Counted from the stretch's first letter, positions 1 to 8,708 are shown. The stretch is DNA of 64,000 nt from an uncultured Oscillospiraceae bacterium (GCA_944387145.1 CALXDU010000001.1:100-64099), one strand, 5' to 3'. The notes: generated by a model from the letters alone, not told the origin. Numbers and translations are program-made.

Positions 1-162
1 ATGGAGAAGTCGGGCCAGCCATACCGAGCAGTAGCTTAATCACTATCGTCATATTGACGCAGAGCGCCACTGGTTATGCTCTATTTCTCATGCCGTTTAT
101 AGCTAATTGCAAATTCACAGCATTTCTGAAAAGGGGCGTAACTTTTAATAGTTAGTCTTACG

Positions 163-315
163 CTCTATCTGCAGAAATTCCGATCCATGGAGCACTTCGA
201 GCGAGAACTGGTCGATTACCTGGACTAGTATAACAACCGCCGTATCAAAGTAAAGCTCAATGGCCTGCCGCCTGCTCTTCACAGACAGCAAGCCCTTGTC
301 CGGCTTTTTCTATGA
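163..315 (+). pseudogene. IS3/IS150-family transposase C-terminal remnant
   Basis: Frame reads LYLQKFRSMEHFERELVDYLD*YNNRRIKVKLNGLPPALHRQQAL, the typical end of IS3-family OrfB. In-frame TAG at 226-228; no upstream integrase core visible. Confidence 0.8.
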
Positions 316-393
316 AAATTATTGAATTTCTGCAACGGTATTCGTTTTTTGTCTAGTAGATAGGTGAAGGCAATAGAAAGAGAGGACAGCACC

Positions 394-948
394 ATGGAAG
401 ACAGCGCAATTATTGACCTGTACTTTGAACGTTCCCAGCAGGCCATCGCAGAAACCTCGGCAAAGTACGGCCCTTACTGTTTCAAAATCGCCTATAACAT
501 CTTGACCAATCGGGAGGATTCCGAAGAAAGTGTGAATGATACATATCTGGCTGCCTGGAACAATATACCGCCCCGGTGTCCTTCGGTACTGGCAACGTTT
601 CTGGGGAAGATCACCCGTCATATTTCTCTGGACAGATGGAAAGCCCGCACGGCCCAGAAAAGAGGCGGCGGGGAGGTTCCCCTGGCGCTGGAGGAACTGG
701 AAGAGTGTATTTCCAGTACGGAAAGCACAGAAGATGCGTACGCCAGAAAAGAATTGCTGCGAAGCATCAATCGTTTTCTGGGAAGCCTTTCGGAAACGGA
801 ACGGAAAGTCTTTGTGTGCCGGTACTGGTATCTGGATAATTCTCAGGAAATTGCGGAGCAGTTTGGATTTTCCCAAAGCAAAGTTGTGTCCATGCTCCAC
901 CGTACCAGAGGAAAGCTGAACAAGTACCTGCAAAAGGAGGGATATTGA
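394..948 (+). CDS. ECF-type RNA polymerase sigma factor (#1)
   Basis: MEDSAIIDLYFERSQQAI, region 2 (DSEESVNDTYLAAW) and region 4 (FVCRYWYLDNSQEIA) motifs. ATG at 394 follows a purine-rich RBS. Confidence 0.92.
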   Translation: MEDSAIIDLYFERSQQAIAETSAKYGPYCFKIAYNILTNREDSEESVNDTYLAAWNNIPPRCPSVLATFLGKITRHISLDRWKARTAQKRGGGEVPLALEELEECISSTESTEDAYARKELLRSINRFLGSLSETERKVFVCRYWYLDNSQEIAEQFGFSQSKVVSMLHRTRGKLNKYLQKEGY

Positions 949-2768
949 TGACAACCATGGATTTTCTGGAAGTGTTTGGCTCCATTCGGGACTCGTATAT
1001 TTTGGAAGCAAAAAATGGTGAGCAGACGCCCAAACAAACGAAGCCGGAACATGGAAAAAAAGAGAAAAACCACCAGCCATTGACTTTGCTGCCATCGGAA
1101 GAACAATATCCCTACCAGGCAAGAAAAAATAAAAAACGGAAAGGATTTAAGAAATTCCTGATTCTCTCAGCGGCAGCAGCCTTGCTGCTGGCAACGTTGG
1201 CAGGGAGAGGATACTTTACCCAATGGACGGAGTACTTTGCAACATTCCTGGAAAAGACCCAGGAGCAAAACCAGTATGCCGAACCCACGGAGGAGACAAC
1301 GGATGAAACATCACAGCCAACCACTGCTCCGACAGAACTGCCAAGTTTGACAAAAGAACGTGACCCCAATCAAATATGCCTTGCTGTTTGTCCAACCGAC
1401 ATGACAACTTCCGGAGATGAATTCTATTATTATGTGCCGGATAATCAGGAAGCGTGGATGGAGGCTTATGAAAAAGCGCAATCAAAAGCAGACCCTGACC
1501 GGGGATGGGAGGAAGGATACAGCGGCAGTGGTATTAGGATACGCTATCAGGATAACTGGTGGGAAGTGCTGGCAGATGGAGATATCTTGACTCGAAATAA
1601 TGGTCGAATTGATGCCTCAGACTGTACAGAGATCTATCGTTTGGTCCAGGATGCGGCGACAAAACTTGGGCTGAAACAACCGGTGCGTCCGGATCGTATT
1701 CATAATATCCGCTTGGCAACTTTGGAATTTAACGGAAGCTATACCATTTCAGACCCTGAGAAGCTGGCACAGTTAGAATTGTGGCTGTCAAACTCTACAG
1801 AGCTTTACGGTGGTGCGAACTGCTGGTTTACAGCTTTGCTGACATTGGAAATGGAAAGCGGGGAAACAGTGTCCATATCAATGGCGACGGATAGCTGTGC
1901 CACTTGGTTCAGTGAAGGTGTATTCTATCAGTATGATTTGCCGGGAAATGAGGCGTTTTATGCTCTGTTTGAAGTGGACATGCTTCAAACAGAGGAAAGG
2001 GAGAATGCTGGTTCCAATACGGTGGCTATGGAAGATGCGCAGCTGGTTAGAGTTGTAGACTATGTTCCTGGGCTTTCTCAGGAACTTGGCTATGCATCTG
2101 AAAATAATTTCACCAAGCAGAAGATTTATTCCTTTGAGGATGCGTATTTGCGGTATGGCACTGTTAAAAAGCTGATGAAAGCAAGTGAAGAACTGTCAAA
2201 ACAGGGCTTGCATCTGCTGATTTGGGACGCATTCCGGCCGGTTTCGGCACAGCAAAAACTATGGGAAATCTGTCCTGATCCGACTTATGTATCGCATCCG
2301 GTTACAGGAAATCGAAATCATTGCCGGGGAAGTGCGGTGGACGTGACATTGGTGGATGAGCATGGGAATATGTTGGAAATGCCCTCCGAATTCGACGATT
2401 TTACAGAGAAAGCAGATCGGGATTATTCCGACTGTACCGCAGAAGCGGGAGCCAATGCTCAGCTCCTGCAAGATATCATGGAGCAATGTGGCTTTGCTGG
2501 GTATAGCCAGGAATGGTGGCATTTTAATGATACCGATTCCTATCCGGTGGATGAATTGTTTGAACCGCAGCCCATCACTATGTGGTATGCAGAATGTGAA
2601 GAATTCATCAGTTTGCGCCAAGAGGCAAGTTCTTCCTCGGAAGTGATTACCCGTATCCCTAAAAATGATCAGTTTTCTCTGCTTGCATGGAATGGCGACT
2701 TTGGCTTGATAAATTATCAGGGGACTACGGGTTACGTTATGAAAAATTATATTCAGCCAGTGCAGTAA
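945..2768 (+). CDS. Anti-sigma-type membrane protein fused to M15D (VanX-like) D-Ala-D-Ala peptidase and C-terminal SH3b domain
   Basis: Overlaps the sigma stop codon. N-terminal FLEVFGSIRDSYILEA, one TM helix, T/P/E-rich linker, unknown domain, then DAFRP, HCRGSAVD, EFDDF, EWWHF; SH3b-like end (ISLRQEASSSSEVITRIP..GYVMKNYI). Confidence 0.8.
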   Translation: MMTTMDFLEVFGSIRDSYILEAKNGEQTPKQTKPEHGKKEKNHQPLTLLPSEEQYPYQARKNKKRKGFKKFLILSAAAALLLATLAGRGYFTQWTEYFATFLEKTQEQNQYAEPTEETTDETSQPTTAPTELPSLTKERDPNQICLAVCPTDMTTSGDEFYYYVPDNQEAWMEAYEKAQSKADPDRGWEEGYSGSGIRIRYQDNWWEVLADGDILTRNNGRIDASDCTEIYRLVQDAATKLGLKQPVRPDRIHNIRLATLEFNGSYTISDPEKLAQLELWLSNSTELYGGANCWFTALLTLEMESGETVSISMATDSCATWFSEGVFYQYDLPGNEAFYALFEVDMLQTEERENAGSNTVAMEDAQLVRVVDYVPGLSQELGYASENNFTKQKIYSFEDAYLRYGTVKKLMKASEELSKQGLHLLIWDAFRPVSAQQKLWEICPDPTYVSHPVTGNRNHCRGSAVDVTLVDEHGNMLEMPSEFDDFTEKADRDYSDCTAEAGANAQLLQDIMEQCGFAGYSQEWWHFNDTDSYPVDELFEPQPITMWYAECEEFISLRQEASSSSEVITRIPKNDQFSLLAWNGDFGLINYQGTTGYVMKNYIQPVQ

Positions 2769-2832
2769 ACAGCACAGAACGTTTGGGTAGGCGGATGCAT
2801 AAGAAAAAACAACCAAAACAAAAACTTTCTCC

Positions 2833-2861
2833 TTTACACCAAGGCTCAATGGGGGTACAAT
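2833..2861 (+). promoter_or_regulatory. sigmaA-type promoter for the darA-like gene
   Basis: TTTACA-17 nt-TACAAT. Confidence 0.6.
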
Positions 2862-2911
2862 GGTGCCATGAAGATGCGGTTTTACCGATGAAAGGAAAAG
2901 GAGATACGACC

Positions 2912-3241
2912 ATGAAGATGATTACCGCAATTATCAATAACAACGACAGCGATGCAGTTTGCAGCGGCCTGCGGGACGGCGGATTCTATTTTACCAAGAT
3001 GAGTACCACCGGCGGTTTCCTGCGCAGCGGCAATACTACGCTTTTGATGGGTACCGAAGATGACCGGGTAGCCCAGGCGCTGGATATTATCCGTGCCAAC
3101 AGCCGCAAACGGACGGTAGAGGCTCCGCTGCCCATGATGCCCAATGGCATGGATCTGGAGATGGGCCTGCCCATGTCCTCAGTAGCGGTCGGCGGCGCCA
3201 CGGTCTTTGTTACCGCCGTTGAACACTTTGAGAAAATGTAA
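2912..3241 (+). CDS. darA: Cyclic-di-AMP receptor, PII-like (DarA/PstA family)
   Basis: 109 aa; MKMITAIIN..D, TKMSTTGGFLRSGNTTLLMG and GGATVFV are family hallmarks; AGGAG RBS. Confidence 0.88.
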   Translation: MKMITAIINNNDSDAVCSGLRDGGFYFTKMSTTGGFLRSGNTTLLMGTEDDRVAQALDIIRANSRKRTVEAPLPMMPNGMDLEMGLPMSSVAVGGATVFVTAVEHFEKM

Positions 3242-3252
3242 GACAAGCAAAT

Positions 3253-3280
3253 CACCCGGCTTTCTTCAGAAAGCCGGGTG
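3253..3280. terminator. Bidirectional intrinsic terminator
   Basis: CACCCGGCTTTCT-TC-AGAAAGCCGGGTG between convergent genes. Confidence 0.75.
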
Positions 3281-3299
3281 AATGATTATTGTAAAGGAA

Positions 3300-3689
3300 T
3301 CAAATCCGTTCAAATCCCAGATACCGGGTACCCTGGAAGCTGAGATTGCCCCGATCACCCTCCACCAGCAGACCGTATTGGTTTCCTTCCAGTTCCAGTT
3401 CCATCCGGTCGCCGCTTGCTACCTGAAAGGTCACATAGTACCGGGTAGAGAAGTGGGTATGATGATTGTCCATGGTGCTGCTGTGCCGCCGGGTTACATC
3501 CGTGCGCTTTGACACAATGGTAGCGGATACCGTCAGCCGGGGGGAAGCGTTGTTTTTGCCACATTGCATAATTCCTTTGATGATGGTAGCCAGTATGATT
3601 CCCAAAATCAGAAGGAAAACGATGGTAAACATCCCAGTAAACAGAGAAAATGAGGAATCAAAGGAATTCATCGAATAACCGAATGTCAT
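3300..3689 (-). CDS. DUF2500-family membrane protein
   Basis: N-terminal TM, KNNASPRLTVSATIVSKR, YYVTFQVASGDRMEL..YGLLVEGDRGNLSFQGTRYLGFER. Confidence 0.85.
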   Translation of the reverse strand: MTFGYSMNSFDSSFSLFTGMFTIVFLLILGIILATIIKGIMQCGKNNASPRLTVSATIVSKRTDVTRRHSSTMDNHHTHFSTRYYVTFQVASGDRMELELEGNQYGLLVEGDRGNLSFQGTRYLGFERI

Positions 3690-3768
3690 AGCATATCCCT
3701 CCTTCAGGTGCGCCTGTTTCTATCTGCATTATACCGTACATTGTACTAAAAAGCTACAAAAATATCGT

Positions 3769-3795
3769 GGCCCGGCGAATATTCTTCGCCGGGCC
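3769..3795 (-). terminator. Intrinsic terminator closing the BlaI/M56 #1 operon
   Basis: GGCCCGGCGAA-TATTC-TTCGCCGGGCC. Confidence 0.65.
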
Positions 3796-3805
3796 GATTG
3801 GGTGA

Positions 3806-3973
3806 TTACTGCACTTTGTACTTTTCCTGCATCAGAATCAGAATCCGCTTCCAGAATACCGATTCTTCGGCGCAGTACATCTGTGCGTGTTCCATTGTGC
3901 TGAAGGAAATGATTCGATTGTCTTCGTCAATCCAGACGGTTTTCATGGGAGCCGATTTGTTTTCCGATGCCAT
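3806..3973 (-). CDS. 55-aa hypothetical protein (not in the ORF track)
   Basis: MASENKSAPMKTVWIDEDNRIISFSTMEHAQMYCAEESVFWKRILILMQEKYKVQ. AAGGTGA RBS; starts 17 nt after the M56 stop and ends just before the terminator. Confidence 0.7.
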   Translation of the reverse strand: MASENKSAPMKTVWIDEDNRIISFSTMEHAQMYCAEESVFWKRILILMQEKYKVQ

Positions 3974-3990
3974 AAAATCACCTTTTCTTT

Positions 3991-6729
3991 CTAGGATTGT
4001 TGCGCCATCCGCTGGGCAATCCAGGCTTGCCGCTCCTCTACAGCGGAAGCAATCTCACTCTCGGGAGTATCTGTGATAATATAATGGGTTGTATAGCCAC
4101 TCCACATGGAATCACAGGATTCCTCCAGAATTTCGGTTAGGTTCCCACTTTCGTCAAAGCGATAGGTGTACAGTCTGGCGGGATTGTCGGCGGCGTTTTG
4201 GGAATAAGAATAAACAAAACGGATTTCCGAATCACTGATCACACTGTATCCTTTCGGGAAGTAAGTGCTGTCATATTCAGAACCAAAAAGATCCAGTGTT
4301 ATCCAGTCATCATACAGGAAATCTCCAGGCGTTGGTGCAAAGCTGTGAGAATAGGCTTCCTGTTTATAGAAATCATTTACAACAGTCTCGCCATATTTCC
4401 AGATCACTTCTGTCATTTTGGGGGTAGAACCATATTTGAAATTGGAGATTTCCCATTTTTCAACCCGGTAATTGCCGCTTTGCAGCTTGGCGATGGCGGC
4501 ATCTACCCGGGCAATGGCATCCTCTCCGCCTTCACCATAGATACCGCCTACCGGATAAATGGCAAATTCAGAATACTGGATGATGGATTCTTCCCCGTTG
4601 TAAAAACGCTTTCCCATCCGATAGACACCGGGCTCCAATTCTCCATAGGTACTTGTCCAGTCCACCTGCCGCATTTCCGTCCGGCTGCGGATGGGAATTT
4701 GTTCCTCGCCAAAACTGGCTTCCGTGGTTTCGCTGACAAGACGTTCCCAGCGGGTGCCCTGCTTTCGTTCCAGCCAGTAGTTTCCATCGGTGTAGTAATT
4801 GGAGACGCCAACCGCATCCGTGGAGAACCATACTTCGCCGCCGGAGGGAGACAGAAGGTCATCATCTACTCTGAAGAAAATTCCCCAAGGCGAGTTGTAC
4901 ATTTCATCAAAAGAATCTGCATAAGTATAGGTTTCTTTGTCATACGGGATGAAAGAAGCGGATGTGCCTTCCTGTTCAACACGATTGATTTTTTTGGATA
5001 CTACAGTTCCGTTTTCATCCACGGTTTCTTCCAGATGTTCAATGGATTTCAGGCTGCCATCTTGGTTGAACAGGAAGGTATCTGTACCCCGATAGGAAGT
5101 TCCAGCATAGTCTGACCACACGGAACGGAATCGGACTTCTTCCTGGCTGATGGTTGATTGCCCCTCAGGGAACAGATAACGACGATTCTGGTCAAGGCGG
5201 AAAGGTGCGTCCCAATTTTTCTCAGCATAAATCGGCATGTCCTGAACGGCGCTGGCGATACAGAATTCACCATAAAGATACTCTACACTGTAATCGGAGT
5301 AGTCTCGAATCAGCCGCATGACCGGAGAAACATTGCCATACAGGTCATACTCAGAGAAAAGCAGGGAGTAATTATCGCTGTTATAAAGTGTATCCAGCGC
5401 AGCGGTGCACCGAGCCAGGGCAGCTTCTTCCTCTGCGGGCAATTCTTCCCGATAAATGTGGAATGCTGTCTGGAATTCAGCAGAGTCCGATACGCTGTCG
5501 ATGGTTACACGAAGCCGGTAATCCCCAGCGGGAAGGGAACCATAGACCAAAGACCAGTCCAGCTCGTCCGTAAAATAGTTTACCAGGTCGTCCCTGCTTT
5601 GCGCAAAGCCAATGCCGCTGGTATTCAGGACAATGGCACTTTGGGCTTTGCTTGGCATCGGCTCCCAGGCATTTCCATTCCATCGGTCGATGGTAACGTC
5701 ATGCATTTTCATTTCCCCGGAAGCCGCAGCAAAACGCTCTTCTACTTTATAAACCAGAGTGCCGCTGGAGGGAGAAGTCATATCCATGAAAATGTCCACG
5801 CCCCAATCCGGGTTGGGTTCTACCTCCGGCAGTACAGGGGGAGTAAAAATGGCGGGATCTTCCTTGCTGTTTTCCTCAAGCTGCTCCTGAGGATCCACAT
5901 ACACCTGCTCGGTTTCCTTGGGGCTGGTTACCAGACACAGCGCCACAAAACAGATGGCCAGCACACCCAGCAAACTGATCCAGAAGCTGGGCTTGCGGTA
6001 GTTCAGCACGGACTTAATGCGGTATTTCACACTGACTTCACCGAAGGCAACGGGGCAGGCGGCATAGTGCACCTGCTTGGTGCTGCATTTGAGCAGGGCG
6101 GCCGAGTAGGCCTTCCGTTCCTCCAGTTCCATGAACTGAACTACCCGCTCATCGCAGGCCATTTCAATGTCCTTGCATAGCAGAATATAACTGACCCAGA
6201 CCAGGGGATTGAACCAGTGCAGCGTCAGCGCCAGAAATCCGATCATTTTGATCCAGTGATCGCCCTTGTCTAAATGGGTGCGCTCGTGGGCCAGAATCTG
6301 CTCCCGGGTATTTCCGGACATGCCAGTGGGGATGTAAATCTTGGGCTTGATAAAGCCCAGCACAAAGGCGGTATCAATCCGGTCAGACTCCCATCCGCCG
6401 GGAACCTGCACCGCATCCTGCACTTTTTTGCGCAGATGCAGATAGGACCAGAAGCTGTAAACGGCGATGGCCACCGCCACTGCCACCCATACAAAGGGCA
6501 GCGCTTTGGACAGGTTCAAAGAAATGGGAAGGGTGATGCTTTTCGGCTGCAGGCTGAATCCGCTCTGTACGGGAATGGGCATCAGCAGCCGCAATCCAGC
6601 CAGCACCCACAGAAAGCAGATGAATTTTTTCGGTGTTTTCCGCAGCACCAGCCGCAGCAGCAGAACCGCCAGAATGACGATGCTGCCATGAAAGCTGGCG
6701 GTCAGCACATTCTGAAAAAAGGCAGTCAT
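3991..6729 (-). CDS. M56 (BlaR1/MecR1-like) membrane metalloprotease sensor #1 with duplicated extracellular module
   Basis: N-terminal TMs, HERTH zinc motif, HWFNPLVW, DIEMACDE. The C-terminal region holds two similar units with DW..YG.L..G.YR. No SxxK penicillin-binding domain seen. Confidence 0.9.
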   Translation of the reverse strand: MTAFFQNVLTASFHGSIVILAVLLLRLVLRKTPKKFICFLWVLAGLRLLMPIPVQSGFSLQPKSITLPISLNLSKALPFVWVAVAVAIAVYSFWSYLHLRKKVQDAVQVPGGWESDRIDTAFVLGFIKPKIYIPTGMSGNTREQILAHERTHLDKGDHWIKMIGFLALTLHWFNPLVWVSYILLCKDIEMACDERVVQFMELEERKAYSAALLKCSTKQVHYAACPVAFGEVSVKYRIKSVLNYRKPSFWISLLGVLAICFVALCLVTSPKETEQVYVDPQEQLEENSKEDPAIFTPPVLPEVEPNPDWGVDIFMDMTSPSSGTLVYKVEERFAAASGEMKMHDVTIDRWNGNAWEPMPSKAQSAIVLNTSGIGFAQSRDDLVNYFTDELDWSLVYGSLPAGDYRLRVTIDSVSDSAEFQTAFHIYREELPAEEEAALARCTAALDTLYNSDNYSLLFSEYDLYGNVSPVMRLIRDYSDYSVEYLYGEFCIASAVQDMPIYAEKNWDAPFRLDQNRRYLFPEGQSTISQEEVRFRSVWSDYAGTSYRGTDTFLFNQDGSLKSIEHLEETVDENGTVVSKKINRVEQEGTSASFIPYDKETYTYADSFDEMYNSPWGIFFRVDDDLLSPSGGEVWFSTDAVGVSNYYTDGNYWLERKQGTRWERLVSETTEASFGEEQIPIRSRTEMRQVDWTSTYGELEPGVYRMGKRFYNGEESIIQYSEFAIYPVGGIYGEGGEDAIARVDAAIAKLQSGNYRVEKWEISNFKYGSTPKMTEVIWKYGETVVNDFYKQEAYSHSFAPTPGDFLYDDWITLDLFGSEYDSTYFPKGYSVISDSEIRFVYSYSQNAADNPARLYTYRFDESGNLTEILEESCDSMWSGYTTHYIITDTPESEIASAVEERQAWIAQRMAQQS

Positions 6730-6732
6730 AGT

Positions 6733-7095
6733 TTATTCCTCCTGATAGCTGTCAATCAGCGCCTGCAGCTGGTTAACGTCCTCTTGGGATAGTTTCTTGC
6801 TCCGGGAGAAGGCGGCAATAAAGGCGGGGATAGAGCCTTCAAAGGTCTCTTCCACCATCTCTTCCAATCGGGACTTCTGGGCATCCGCTTTGGAAACCAG
6901 GGTGCTGACCATGGTGTTTTCGTTCTTGACTACACCCCGCTCCGACAGACGGCGGATAACAGTGTAGGTGGTGGCTTTGGACCAGCCCAGCTGCTCTTTA
7001 CACAGAGCCACCAGTTTGGTGGAATTGATGGGTTCATTTTCCCAAAGCAACAGGCAGAAACGGTACTCGCTTTCAAAGATTTTTGGGGTTTTCAT
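6733..7095 (-). CDS. BlaI/MecI/CopY-family repressor #1
   Basis: ESEYRFCLLLWENEP, WSKATTYTVIRRLSERG, FEGSIPAFIAAF; AAAGGAGG RBS before ATG at 7095. Confidence 0.93.
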   Translation of the reverse strand: MKTPKIFESEYRFCLLLWENEPINSTKLVALCKEQLGWSKATTYTVIRRLSERGVVKNENTMVSTLVSKADAQKSRLEEMVEETFEGSIPAFIAAFSRSKKLSQEDVNQLQALIDSYQEE

Positions 7096-7117
7096 TTTGC
7101 TGCCTCCTTTTGGTATA

Positions 7118-7990
7118 TCAGTACCGGGGACTGAAATCGTGTACGGGTTCACCGTCGCGGGTGATGTTTACACAGCCGTATACCCGGATTTCCAATCCCG
7201 GGTATTCTTCGGTACCCAGATTGCGGAACGTGTTGCCGTCAATGTTGACATCCTCGCAATTCGTAAATTCCACACCGCCGACGCTGCAATCGTAGATGTC
7301 ATTGCTGACAATCTGCATATTCTTGCTGCTGTCGCCGATTACGCCCAGAGTACCGCAGCCGAACAAGCCGCAGTCCTGAACCAGAACTTCCTGGCAGTTC
7401 AGAAACCGCAAAACACCGCCAGCACAGTATCCAGGTTCTTCCGCATGACCTGCGGTAAATCCGGTAACCATAATATTGGAGCAGTTTTCAAAGTTCAGAA
7501 CATTTGCGTAGCGGGGAACTGCGGAAATTACATTGTCATCGTGGCTTTCCCCGCCGCCGCGGATGGTCAGATTGGACAGGTTTGTGATATACAGCGCCGG
7601 CCCGTCAAACTCTTCAAACCAATAATAGGTATCGGTGCTTTTGACGCCGTAGCCGACGGAGGTGCTCAGGTCGATCATCTCTGCATCCAGAATGATTTCT
7701 GTATCCGAAGCGAGGGCCGCCAGGAATTCATCGGCGGTCTTGACATGTACCTGGGTTTGCTCTCCGGTAATCACCGGGGTAATTTCGGGCTCGTAGACAG
7801 CTGCAGCCTCAGTGGCGGCTTCGGCAGCGGGGAGCGTGGTCTCCGGGGCAGTAGTGGTTTCGGGGACGGTGGTTTGGGTGACGGCCTCTGTGGAGGCAAC
7901 CGGTTCTGTGGTGGAAGCGCTGGGAGCGCAGCCTGCCAGCATCGTAAGTACCAGGCAACCTGCGGCGATGAAGGATACTGTCTTTTTCAT
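7118..7990 (-). CDS. Lipoprotein with right-handed parallel beta-helix (pectin-lyase-like) domain
   Basis: Signal peptide with lipobox LAGC, T/E/A-rich linker, repeated FENCSNI / FLNCQEV / FTNCEDVNIDGNTF strands. Confidence 0.78.
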   Translation of the reverse strand: MKKTVSFIAAGCLVLTMLAGCAPSASTTEPVASTEAVTQTTVPETTTAPETTLPAAEAATEAAAVYEPEITPVITGEQTQVHVKTADEFLAALASDTEIILDAEMIDLSTSVGYGVKSTDTYYWFEEFDGPALYITNLSNLTIRGGGESHDDNVISAVPRYANVLNFENCSNIMVTGFTAGHAEEPGYCAGGVLRFLNCQEVLVQDCGLFGCGTLGVIGDSSKNMQIVSNDIYDCSVGGVEFTNCEDVNIDGNTFRNLGTEEYPGLEIRVYGCVNITRDGEPVHDFSPRY

Positions 7991-8049
7991 AAGGGAAACT
8001 TCCTTTCCATATCGTTTGTGAAGGGGGATGGTGGATGAATTACAGAATT

Positions 8050-8107
8050 GGTTTAATGCATTGAACCTTTGCAAGATAAGTTTAACATATTAAACTTATC
8101 TTGTCAA
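8050..8107 (-). promoter_or_regulatory. sigmaA promoter with two palindromic operators
   Basis: Minus-strand TTGACA-17-TAAACT with TG extension. Perfect 14-bp inverted repeat CAAGATAAGTTTAA-CATA-TTAAACTTATCTTG (8072-8103) plus a second copy of its core, GGTTTAA-TGCA-TTGAACC (8050-8067). Confidence 0.75.
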
Positions 8108-8240
8108 TCATTGTTTTATTTTTCTCTTTCTTCGCATATTTTGGTGACAGGGCAGCATCAATCCCAAGAAATTTTCCCCAAACCGATGACAAGCGTTTTT
8201 TTTTGTTGTATAATACCGAAAAACGACTAGGAGGAATCCA

Positions 8241-8654
8241 ATGCGCATCATGGGAATTGACTACGGCGATGCACGCACAGGTGTGGCGATTTCCGACCTG
8301 CTGTGTACGCTGGTGGGGTCTGCTAAAGTTGTACCCAGCCGCAATACAGACAAAGCCATAGCCGATATTGTAAAAATTGCAGAAGAAAACCAGATAGGGG
8401 AGATCGTGGTAGGACTTCCCAAGAATATGGACGGCACCGAAGGCAGCCGGGCACAGCTGTGCCGGGAATTTGCGGACAGACTGGGGCAGGCCACCGGATT
8501 GCCTGTGGTGATGTGGGACGAGCGAAGAACCACGGTAGAAGCCCACAATATCCTGTCTCAGCACAATTACCACGGAAAGAAGCGCAAAGACACGGTGGAT
8601 GCCGTTGCTGCGTCCTTGATTCTGGAAGGATATTTGAACTTCAAAAATCGATAA
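8241..8654 (+). CDS. ruvX: YqgF/RuvX-family nuclease (pre-16S rRNA processing / resolvase-like)
   Basis: GIDYG, VVGLP, DERRTT and VDAVAASLIL motifs. Confidence 0.93.
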   Translation: MRIMGIDYGDARTGVAISDLLCTLVGSAKVVPSRNTDKAIADIVKIAEENQIGEIVVGLPKNMDGTEGSRAQLCREFADRLGQATGLPVVMWDERRTTVEAHNILSQHNYHGKKRKDTVDAVAASLILEGYLNFKNR

Positions 8655-8708
8655 ATTTTATGGGCCTGCCTACATCCCAATTCAGGGGACATGGGCAGGC
8701 CCGTTTTG

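Noticed and set aside
945-2768. Vancomycin-resistance (van) cluster
   Set aside because: No vanA/B ligase, vanH or vanRS nearby; the 2-hydroxyacid dehydrogenase at 25.8 kb is unlinked and generic.
3734-3746. GTACA-T-TGTAC palindrome upstream of the DUF2500 gene as a BlaI/CopY box
   Set aside because: Spacer is 1 nt rather than the 2 nt of TACA-NN-TGTA, it is single copy, and it matches neither local BlaI operator.
4198-6180. Long plus-strand ORFs (305 and 340 aa) opposite the M56 #1 gene
   Set aside because: Antisense shadows of a well-supported gene; no motifs or RBS.
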